Source of the DNA: Candidatus Latescibacterota bacterium
GTDB lineage: Bacteria > Latescibacterota > UBA2968
Assembly: GCA_965198115.1 (NCBI GenBank)
Contig: OZ240241.1
Coordinates: 5,984,001-6,048,000 of the forward strand
DNA: 64,000 nt
Direction of reading: 5' to 3'
Shown: piece after piece, positions 43,945-53,503 of the stretch
How the letters are laid out: each line of letters begins with the position of its first letter
Numbering within the stretch: position 1 is the stretch's first letter
The notes under the pieces: model-generated
Told to the model about the DNA's origin: nothing
The model's input: only the letters and a program-made list of their open reading frames with translations
Database searches by the model: none
Program-made: the position numbers and the translations under genes

Positions 43945-45846
43945 ATGTTTCGTTTCCGAAAACTGTTCCTCCTCACGTTCCTCGTCTGTCTTGTTTCCGT
44001 CTACGTCACGATCGATTCGAGGTTGGTGACGGGGGCGGACGCCTTCGCCGACGTCGACGAGGCTATCGAGAACTTCCACGACGTGTTCAACCAGATCTCG
44101 TCGTCTTACTTCAAAGAAGTCGAGGTGGGGGAGCTCAGCGACGCAGCCATTCAGGGCATGCTCGAGGAACTGGATCCGAACACGCAGTATTACGATCAGC
44201 AGGGGAGGGATGAGCTGCGCGAGAAGATGCGCGGCAAGTTCGGTGGTCTGGGCATCAGCATCAGCAAAAAGTACGGTCCTGTGCCCGTGGTGATGAGCAT
44301 CTTCGGCGGCACTCCCGCCGATACCGCGGGTCTCGAAATGGGCGATCGCATCGTAATGATCGAGGGGGACTCGACACACGGCGACGAACTCGAGGAGGTC
44401 GTCGGTCTTCTACGCGGGAACCCGGGGACAGGGGTCACGATCACGATCGAACGCCCCGGTTCGGCGGAAACGTTCGATCAGCAGATCATTCGCGATCGTA
44501 TCAAGATCCCGAGTGTGGGTCTCAGTCGTGAGATCGAACCCGGGATCGGTTTCGTGTCGATGTCGGGCACGCTCAACAGCCACTTTGCCGAAGGCACGGC
44601 CGACGAACTGGGCGAGGCACTGCGGAGCCTGAAAGCCGAGGATCTTGATGGATTGATCGTCGATCTGCGCAGCAATCCGGGCGGGTTGCTGATCCAGGCG
44701 ATCGCTGTGGCCGATCACTTCCTCCCGCCGAATCAGAGGGTGGTCTCCACGAGAGGGCGTGAAGGGAACCAGAACGAGACCTACCGAACGCGAAAACCCG
44801 CCGTCGCGGGACACGTACCTCTGATCATACTCGTCAACGGAAGCAGTGCGAGCGCGTCGGAGATCGTGGCCGGTGCCGTCCAGGATTCCGATCGGGGGCT
44901 AATCCTGGGGTTGGACACTTTCGGCAAAGGGTCCGTCCAGACAGTGCGTCAAATCGGACGCAGCAAGGCCCTGAAACTGACGACCGCCGTTTACTACACG
45001 CCGAGTGGGCGGAGCATTCACCGGTCGGTCGATCGGGGTCGACGCGGGGGCAGGCTCCTGCTCTACCTGACGGACGCGGCCCGGGTGCCTGTCTACGAGG
45101 CCGTCGCCATCATCGGCCAGGCCGAGGATCACGACAACGCCGTCAACGAGCTGATGCAGCGGTACAGCTTGAGCACGGAAGAAGCCGAAAAGCTGATCCA
45201 GACCGATCTGTCCTCGTTCGTCGGTCTGGGACGTGGGGACGACGGGAACACACCGAAAGGAAGCGACCCCAAGAAGATTTTCAAGACATCGGGCGGTCGA
45301 ACCATCTATGGGGGCGGTGGTATCACACCCGATGTCGAGGTTGAACACCGACGTCATAAACGGATCGTCGTCGAGTATATCCGGAACTATTTATTCTTCG
45401 ACTTCGCCGTGGATTATCTGACGCGGAACAGCGTTCCGGAGTCGGTCGGAGACTTCCACGTGTCGGACGCTATCGTCGATGAATTCAAGACGTTCCTCTC
45501 GGATACGACGCAGACGCACGGGTACGAATACAAAGCCATCCCCGAGTTTCGAATGCTGGACCTTAAGAAGGCATTCGGGGACTCGGTCGAGCTGTTGGAG
45601 GAAACGAAGAGGGCGTTCGACGGGTTGGAGACCGCTGCCAGGGCAAAACGCGAGTCGGAATTCGAAGCAGCGAGAGAGGATCTCCGTCGGTTGATCGAAG
45701 AGAGCATCGCCGCCGCGGCCTGGGGGGAACGAGCAAAACAGCTGGTCAGTCTGCGCTACGATCCGCAGTTCGAGGAGGCGCTGCGCATTTTGCGGGATGG
45801 GAGGCTCTATCAGAGGAAGCTTGCGCTGGCGGATCCAGACGAATAG
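43945..45846 (+). CDS. ctpA: S41 family carboxy-terminal processing protease with PDZ domain
   Basis: Signal/TM, FGGLGI PDZ, DLRSNPGGLL, SASASEIVAGA, TFGKGSVQ, YYTPSGRSI, GGGGITPD. Confidence 0.9.
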   Translation: MFRFRKLFLLTFLVCLVSVYVTIDSRLVTGADAFADVDEAIENFHDVFNQISSSYFKEVEVGELSDAAIQGMLEELDPNTQYYDQQGRDELREKMRGKFGGLGISISKKYGPVPVVMSIFGGTPADTAGLEMGDRIVMIEGDSTHGDELEEVVGLLRGNPGTGVTITIERPGSAETFDQQIIRDRIKIPSVGLSREIEPGIGFVSMSGTLNSHFAEGTADELGEALRSLKAEDLDGLIVDLRSNPGGLLIQAIAVADHFLPPNQRVVSTRGREGNQNETYRTRKPAVAGHVPLIILVNGSSASASEIVAGAVQDSDRGLILGLDTFGKGSVQTVRQIGRSKALKLTTAVYYTPSGRSIHRSVDRGRRGGRLLLYLTDAARVPVYEAVAIIGQAEDHDNAVNELMQRYSLSTEEAEKLIQTDLSSFVGLGRGDDGNTPKGSDPKKIFKTSGGRTIYGGGGITPDVEVEHRRHKRIVVEYIRNYLFFDFAVDYLTRNSVPESVGDFHVSDAIVDEFKTFLSDTTQTHGYEYKAIPEFRMLDLKKAFGDSVELLEETKRAFDGLETAARAKRESEFEAAREDLRRLIEESIAAAAWGERAKQLVSLRYDPQFEEALRILRDGRLYQRKLALADPDE

Positions 45847-45867
45847 CCAGCCCCCACTCCGCAAGTG

Positions 45868-45910
45868 AAAGAGGCGACCGTCCCGAGCGACGATCGCCTC
45901 TTTTGTTTTT
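45868..45910. terminator. Bidirectional intrinsic terminator
   Basis: aaagaggcgaccgtc-ccgagc-gacgatcgcctctttt between convergent ctpA and cyclase genes. Confidence 0.8.
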
Positions 45911-45922
45911 CAGGAGAGAAAA

Positions 45923-48757
45923 CTACTTAGCATCCAGGTTGTGGACGGCATCCCACGCTTCGTCGGGGGGTATGGCCTTGAATTCGTTACAACGTTCGAC
46001 GAAGATCTTGGCTGGGTCCGTCTTCGGCGTCGATCTTCAGACCCGCCTGGAAGTGTGCGATCGCCTCGTCCCACTTCCGTTCGCTATACATGTTGAAGCC
46101 GTTGACGTAGGCGTCGACGACATCCAGCTTGTCTCGCGACACCTCTCCTTTTCGCCCGAGGACTTCGTAAACACGGACGGGTTCATCTTTCCCGACGACG
46201 CGAATACTGTCGAGGGGTCGAACCTCCATGATATCGCCCGCTGCCCGATAGGTGAACTCGGAGATCATGGTCGTGATACCGTAGGCCTTGCCCGCGCCCT
46301 CGAGTCGTGAGGCCAGGTTGACGGCGTCGCCCATGACCGTGTAGTCCACACGGGAGTGCGATCCGAGATTGCCGACGACCATCTCACCCGTGTTCACGCC
46401 CATCCTGACACGCAGGAATTCCCCGCGTCCCTGTTCCGCCCACATCTGCCTCAGCTCGGTCATGCGGTTCTCTTCCTCGAACTTGCGACGGAGGTCCGCG
46501 CACTTCTGTTGCATGTCGATGCAGGCGAACACGGCGGCTTGAGCGTGATCGTGCATGATCATCGGTGCGCCCCAAAAGGCCATGATCGCGTCGCCTTCGA
46601 ACTTGTCGATCGTGCCCTCGTGGATGGCGATGATCTCGCACATCTCCGTCAGATACTCGTTGAGGAGCTCGACGAGCTCGACAGCCGTCAAGTTTTCCGA
46701 GATTGTCGAAAAACTGGCAAGGTCGGAAAAGAAGACCGTCATCACACGCTGATCGCCGCCGAGCTGGTTCACGAGATCCGGGTTCTCGACGAGCTGATCG
46801 ACGACCTTGGGGTCGAGGTAGTGCCCGAACGCACCCTGGACAAACTCCTTTTCCTTCTCTTTCTGCACGTAATCATACAGGGTGATCGTCAGATATCCGA
46901 TCGTCAGCGTCGCGACGGGGCCGAGCATGTCCGCCCAGATCCCCGCCTGAACGAACAGAAGGATCACCCCGATGATGTATGCCGAAAGGATGCTCACCAC
47001 GACAGCCGCTCCAGACAGAGCTTTGAACCTGGGAACGAGGACGCCGATCAGGACACCCAGTACGAGCATGACCACCATATTCTGCCAGACCGTCAAGCGG
47101 CGCAGAAAATTCTGCGTCAAGATCGTGTTGAAGACGTTGACGTGCGCCCCGAGCATGGCTTCCCGTGCCCCGAACGGCGTCGGATTCAGGTCGTGTGTTC
47201 CAGTCGCCGTCAGCCCGTAGAAGAAGATCGTGCCATCGAACTCATCGGCGCTCAGGATCCGGTCCGAGGACTGTTCGCCGTGAAGACCACCCGTGATGAT
47301 ACGGTCGAGAAAGAACAGTGGATGATCGTGCGGCTGCACGCCTCCCGACCGCACGAGTGTACGGATGATCCCTACGCCGAGGTCGATTTCTTCCAGCCGG
47401 GAGACGCTCATCCTGCCTGCCACCTCTTCGAGCGAGAGGTCGGGGTTCTCGGTGAGCACGTCGACGATTCCCAGGTTGTTCTTGATCCGGTTGAAATAGG
47501 GAGCGAGAATCTCGGCGATCGGGGCGATTTCCTCCGCCGGAACACCCATCATCTCGATGAAACCTTCCACAGAGAGCGACCGATCGGCGCGCAAGACCTC
47601 TTCCATTCCGGCGCAGTCGATGACGATGTTCCGATATTCGAGCAACAGGTCCGCGGGGAGGTCGACACCGGCCTCGCTGGCCCTGGCCAGGAAGGCATCA
47701 TCGTCGCCGAATGTGTCGGGTGTCTCTATAAGAGCCCGTTTGGCGAATTTGAGGGCGCGATTCTGAGGTTCCGTCTCTGCAAAATCCATGATCAGGTTGT
47801 AGGGGAAGTGACGATACGTTCCGTTGAATGAGCCCGCCCAGTTCACGAGTAGCTCGCATTGTCCGGAAACGGGAATGCGCAGATCGGCGACGCGTCCATC
47901 TGGAAACCTGACAGACGGCAGCACGATTCGCCCAGGTTGAAATCGAACCTGGTCGAGAGGGACGTTGAGGTAGTCGCACGCCATGGCTAGGCCGAGTGAA
48001 AAATAGACCCGGCCGTCGTAATAGATGGCCATTCGGTAGTGCCGGACGACGCCGTCGTGATCGGGTTTGGGAAGCGCGAAACCGACACCGCGGGAAGATT
48101 CGATGTAGGGAGGATGGGCACATCGATGTCCGTTGCGACGAAGAGCTGCCCACCCACTTCTCTCGCTCTGGGTACGGAGAACCGAGATAACCCTTCGACC
48201 GCCCGGTCTTTGCCCGGAGACCTCTCGCGCTGATTCTGTTCGGCGAACTCGACTGTCTTGCCTTCGGCGATTTCGAATGTCTGCGACAGATAGACGATTC
48301 CGGTCTTGTTGGCGACGTCGACGAAGTCCCGGTCGTGATCCTGCACCAGGTCGAGAACGGCCGATCGCGTGAAGCCTTCGTCCCCAAGGTCGGCAACGGC
48401 GTCCGGCGACAGACGCTCCCCGGCCGGCTCGTAGAAGAACATATCGAAGCCGACCATCCGGGCGCCGTAGGTGTGAATCGTCTCGACCATGCGAGCGTGA
48501 AGATCCCGCGTGAACGGAAACCCGTGTGTCTGGTAGGCCAGATCATCGATGTCGATCGTGGCGACCGACGGGAGCTGGAAGGGTTCTCCGAACCAGTCGT
48601 TACGCTTCCGGAAGCGGAAGTCGTAGCTGCTCGACTCGAGATCCTGGTAGAAATTGGTCATCGAGATCAGGGCGATCACGATCGCCGCGGCGATACCGAG
48701 AAAGAGCTCGATTGAAAAACCGGACTCTGACTTTACCTGTTTCTCTTCGTCGGGCAT
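45923..48757 (-). CDS. CHASE2-domain class III adenylate cyclase with C-terminal TPR (frameshifts at ~48110 and ~46013)
   Basis: N-terminal TM; CHASE2 motifs IDIDD, FPFTR, VGFDMFF, DHDGVVR, THDLNPTPF; 3 TM; FSDLASFS, IDKFEGDAIMAFWGAP, YTVMGDAVNLASRLEG; the repaired C-terminus ends WDAVHNLDAK*. Confidence 0.88.
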
Positions 48758-48848
48758 TGGGTGTCCTCGCTGGGGTGAGCGACATCCGGAAACGACGCCC
48801 CAGAATATAAACTGCGATAGGAGGGTGGCGCAAAACGCTGTTACGTCC

Positions 48849-48889
48849 AAACATAGAAAGGCGATGCCGGATCGTGTCCGACATCGCCT
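48849..48889 (-). terminator. Intrinsic terminator between the small TPR gene and the cyclase
   Basis: AGGCGATGTCGGA-CACGA-TCCGGCATCGCCT followed by TTCTATGTTT. Confidence 0.75.
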
Positions 48890-48913
48890 ATGGGGAGTTG
48901 ATGTATCGCCAGG

Positions 48914-49303
48914 CTACTCGATGCCCGTCAGCTCTCCGGCCGCCTGCTCGGCGAATGGGGAATCTCCGTGGTTCTCGACGAGGTCGCTGTAGACTTTCTT
49001 GGCCTCTTCGAGTTCTCCGAGCTGGACGTGACACTGGGCGACGAAGAATTTCTGCTCGGGCACGGCCTCTCCGTTCGGATCGGCTTCGATCGAAGATGTC
49101 AGCTGCGTGATCGCATTCTTCAGGTCGACGCGGCTGGGATATCGCACGCCGCCCTTGTAATAGAGCTGGTCGAGCACGGCATCTTCGGCCTCGGCTCCAC
49201 GCACACCGGCCACGGTGCGTGTCTGCTGCGTCTCGTAGGCCTGCTTTTTGGTGACTTTCTGGATCGCCTTGAGTGGGTGAAACCTGCCAGGTCCACCCGT
49301 CAC
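48914..49303 (-). CDS. Small TPR protein (YbgF/BamD-like C-terminal TPR); 5' end uncertain
   Basis: TVAGVRGAE motif, then FFVAQCHVQLGELEEAKKVYSDLVENHGDSPFAEQA; no signal peptide visible. Confidence 0.65.
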   Translation of the reverse strand: MTGGPGRFHPLKAIQKVTKKQAYETQQTRTVAGVRGAEAEDAVLDQLYYKGGVRYPSRVDLKNAITQLTSSIEADPNGEAVPEQKFFVAQCHVQLGELEEAKKVYSDLVENHGDSPFAEQAAGELTGIE

Positions 49304-49456
49304 CTGTTATGAAAATACGGCAAATCGGGGTGGGAGCACGTGATTCAGGACACGCCAGAGAAGAATTTCATGACCCGTTTAACATGTTGTTTTAAACAGG
49401 GATACATAATTTGTGCGGTTGAAAAAGTGCGTGGCGTCACACCGGGAACGAACTTT

Positions 49457-52400
49457 CTAATCTAGAAATTCGAGCTGTCCCTGCAAGGAAGGCTCGAGCT
49501 CAACGGCGCGACGATACGACGCTTTAGCCTGTGCCGCATCGCCCTGCAGATGTCGGAGAATCGCGAGGTTCAGATGGAATCCGGCATTTTGGAGCTGGCG
49601 TTCGAGGGCCCGTTCGAACGATTCCGCCGCACCGGGATAGTCGCGTTGGTGGATCAGCACGACGCCTTTGCCGTTGAGGGCATCGGCATTCCCCGGGTTG
49701 AGGGAGATGGCGCGATCGAACGCCTCGGTCGCACGATCGTAGCGTTTGAGACGAAGGAAAGCGGCTCCGTCATCGTAGGCCTTGTCAGAAGCGATGCGCT
49801 GCAACGGCCCGACGGATCCGGTCGTTGACGCGGTCACGGAGATCTCCGACAACGGTCGCCCGCCGGTGATCACGTCGAGCTGTCCTTCGTAGGACGCGTC
49901 GTAGGCCACAGCCTTCTTGTAGGCGGCGATCGCCTCGTCCTTCTTGCCCTGGAGGTGATACGTGATCGCCAGGTTAGCCTGATAGCCAGCGTTGTTGGGA
50001 TCGATGGCGATGGCCTTCCGATAGGCGTCGATGGCCTCGGTATACTGATGCTTGCGGGTGGCGATGACGCCCTTGCCATTGAGCGCGTCGGCATTCTCAG
50101 GATTCAACGAAAGCGCTCTGTCGAATTGCTCGGTTGCGCGATCGTCCCGTTTAAGCCTCAGGTAGGCGGCGCCGTCGTCATAGGACTTTTCGGATGCGAT
50201 GCGCTGGAGCGGGTCGACTTTTGTGGGCCGGGTCGATACGGCGCCCGTGAGGAAATCGAGGGTACCCGCAAAGTCCCGATTGATCCGGACCGCCTCCTGA
50301 TAGACCTGTTGCGCGTCGTCGCCTCTGCCCTGGAGGTGGTAGGTGAGCGCGAGGTTGATCCTGAAGCCAGCGTCATTCGGGTTGAGCTCGAGCGCCTTGT
50401 TGTAAAGCTCGAGCGCCTCGTCGTAGCGCCGCCGCTTGGTCATGACGACGCCCAATGCGTTGTAGGCGTCGGCCAGACCCGCGTCCATCTTGATCGCGTC
50501 GGTGAAGGACGTTTCCGCCCGCTCGAGCTGGTTCAGTCGCAGATAGGCTGCACCGGCATCGTAGAGTCCCTCGGCACTGTCGAGGGAGACGCCGGAGACG
50601 AGCGCGATCCGGTCCAGACGCGTCTCGAAATACGCCAGGTCGCGGTTGAAGAGAGCTCTTCGATCGAGGCTTGGGACGGAATGGCGATGTCTGAGTCGGG
50701 GACGACACCCGGGCGAAACGTCTGCTGGGCCTCGGAGACGAGAATTTCGTTGATGAAGCCGCGTTCTTTCCGCACGTAGTACTCTTCGGCCCCGTTCCGC
50801 CACGCGTCGGAGAATGACGATCCGAATAGCGTCGTTTCCACGGGCAACCAGATGCGGTTGTCCCACAGGACGTATTCACGCTCGTTCAGGAAGTAGTCGC
50901 CGGCATCCTGAACAGAGATGCCACTGTCGAACATCATGTAGATGTGGCCGTATTGCGGGTCGTTGACGTCCAGGATGGCGGTCGGGATGTTCAGATTCTC
51001 GAGCATCGAGCAAAACAGCGCAGTGCAGTCGTCGCAGTCACCGATCTTCACGTCGAGGTATTCGTAGGGGTACTTAACGGAGTCGAAAACAGAATCGTCC
51101 TGGAAGATTTCGAGATACGGTGTGGTCTGATCCTGCTGATAGCGGAGACCGTGTGCGCCGATGGCGTCGAAGATGAGGGCGGCCTTCCCAATGTTGTTGT
51201 TCCCGAATTTTTCCCGGAGCAGGTCGGCATAATTCCCGACGAGGCCCCGAGCGAACGCGTCGACGGTTCTGCTTTCGGGCGTGATAAAGGCGGCGATGCG
51301 GCGCGGGTTGGACCAGCTGAGCTTGCCCTTCCCGAGGACGTAGACGCTGTTGAGCGTGCGGGTCGACGTCTTGTTCGCTCTGCCCTGACGGTAGCTCACC
51401 TTGACCGTCGGCTGTACGAGATTGTCGTAGTAGGACGGTTGCGTCGACAGCAGGTCCTGTGGGAACGTCAACGTGAAGCCGTATCGTTCTGTCGATTGAG
51501 CCGGGAGAACGACCGTCTCTTCGTGGGGGGTCTTGGTCAACGTCGGGACATCGATGCTGACGGTCACCGGCAGGGCGTTGGCGGACGCGTTCCGCAGGAC
51601 GACGTCGACGAAGTCGGCCTCCTCATAGGTTCGGTAGAGAGACTTGAAAATAGGTGCAGGCCGCACGATGGCGTCTTTGATGTTGACGATCGACGCGTTG
51701 TAGGAAAGGCCTAGAGTGACGTGGTGCGTCGGGGGCAGGACAGGGTGATGCTCGAACGCATAGTCGAGTTGCGCCGAATTCCACTTGAGGCCGAAGCCGA
51801 GGGCAAAAGCCAGTGTCTGATCCGCCCCCGTTGGCGGACTGAGTGGTCGATTGACGCCGCCCCGCAACAGGAGGGCGGCCAGCGGCTGGTATTCGGCACC
51901 GAAGTGGAAATCATCGCTGTCGACGTCGAGGGCGAGTTTCACATCGGGGTGTGGCTGGACGGATACACCGCCCCGGATGGTCTGTTCGAGCAGCTCTTCT
52001 TCGAATTGCGTGGTGTCATCCTGGAGTTTGGTTCCGCCGATGTCCTGTAGGGCGACCCCGAACCGCAGTTTATCGAAGGGCGGTTTTTTTGGAGTGAAAA
52101 CGAGACCGACGTCAAGACCGAATCCGCTGGCGTTGCGCAGGCTCACGTCGTCGAGTTCGATCGTCTGGAACACGCTCTTAAGTCCGACTCCGAGGGAGAA
52201 GCTGCGGTGGAGCTGCATCCCGTAGGTCAGGTTGACCACGTTGAGGGCATCGCTGAGTTCGGTGTCCCCGAAACTTTCGCGAACCCAGCCAAGACCGATG
52301 GCGTGACGCTCGAACAGCGGGAAAACGTAGGACGCATAGGAGCTGTTGATGTCGAGACCGAACCGGTCGGCATAGGAGAAAACGACTTCCTGACGTTGGA

Positions 52401-52587
52401 GGGTCGGAAGCCCTGAGGGATTCCAGAAAGTGGCCGAGGCGTCGTCAGCCAACCCCGTCACGGTGCCTCCGAGACCAATCGTGCGGGCAGTCGTGGCGAA
52501 AGTGGGTCGCTGGGCCTAGCTGTTACCGGCCAGAGCCACGACGCAGACCGATACGAGAACGGTCAGCCTGGTGAGGGTGTGTGGCAT
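49457..52587 (-). CDS. Fusion of a PorV/PorQ-like beta-barrel, a transglutaminase-like domain and TPR arrays (in-frame TAG at 52516-52518; 2-nt frameshift at ~50655)
   Basis: ATG overlaps the upstream TGA; signal peptide; ARTIGLGG..GLADDASATFWNPSGL and LDYAF..HPVL..THHVTL barrel motifs; GDCDD...GHIY...PVETT triad; about 9 TPRs. Confidence 0.75.
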
Positions 52588-53492
52588 CAGGGCGTATCGT
52601 TCCGGTAGAGGATGCTGGCCTCGAACGACGGGAACTGGCTGTTCACGAGATAGATGTCGAGGTCGCCATCGCCATCGAAGTCGCCGACAGCCGCGTCGAT
52701 ACCGTAGGATCCTCCGATCGACAGACCAGCGGCGGCCGTCTCATCCGTGAAGGTTCCCGATGTCTGAAGCAGAATCTGGCTGACTTGCCCGGCACTGGAG
52801 TTGGCGCCGTTGACGAGCAGGACATCGAAGTCGTTGTCTCCGTCGAAATCCGCCCAGGCGCTTGCCCATCCGATCCACGTGGTCGCTGTCCCGGCCAGGT
52901 CGCCTGTCGCGACATTCGTGAATACATCATCACCGTCGTTCCGGTAGAGGGCGTTGCCGCCGACGTTGACGACCGCCAGGTCGAGGTCACTGTCTCCGTC
53001 GTAGTCGACCCACCGGGCGGCGTGTCCGATGTCGGTGTTGTCGATGGAAGCTTCGCACGCGACCTCTGTGAAACGGCCTGTACCATCGTTCTTGTAGAGT
53101 GCGTTGCTCTGCTCGCGATTGACGACGTAGAGATCGAGGTCTCCGTCACCGTCGTAATCGCCCCACGCGGCGTCTTCGCTGTCCCCGAGATGATCGACGG
53201 CGGCGGAGAACCCGACCTCGGAAAAAGTGCCGTTCCCGTTGTTGCGATACAACCGGTTGACGCTGGCGTTCGCGTTCGCAGCCCAATTGGTGACGTAGAG
53301 ATCAAGGTCGCCGTCGCCGTCGTAGTCGCCCCACGTGGCGCTCGTAGCGACGCGGGAAGCGTTGGGCATCGAATTGGCGACACCCGCACTGCTCGTCACG
53401 TCGGTGAATTGCATCTGGGCACATACCGGTTTTGCCCAGAGCAGGAAAATCGACGTGGCGGCAGCGAGACAGGTTTTGGGTAGATGGGTCAT
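52587..53492 (-). CDS. Secreted FG-GAP/VCBS repeat protein
   Basis: Signal peptide, five (G/A/V)DxDGDxDxD Ca-binding repeats, LYRN motifs. Confidence 0.88.
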   Translation of the reverse strand: MTHLPKTCLAAATSIFLLWAKPVCAQMQFTDVTSSAGVANSMPNASRVATSATWGDYDGDGDLDLYVTNWAANANASVNRLYRNNGNGTFSEVGFSAAVDHLGDSEDAAWGDYDGDGDLDLYVVNREQSNALYKNDGTGRFTEVACEASIDNTDIGHAARWVDYDGDSDLDLAVVNVGGNALYRNDGDDVFTNVATGDLAGTATTWIGWASAWADFDGDNDFDVLLVNGANSSAGQVSQILLQTSGTFTDETAAAGLSIGGSYGIDAAVGDFDGDGDLDIYLVNSQFPSFEASILYRNDTP

Positions 53493-53503
53493 GGAGTTCG
53501 TTT

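Noticed and set aside
49310-49365. c-di-GMP-I riboswitch (GGCAAA seen)
   Set aside because: It lacks the GNRA tetraloop/receptor and GACGCAAAGC elements and is on the strand opposite the downstream genes.
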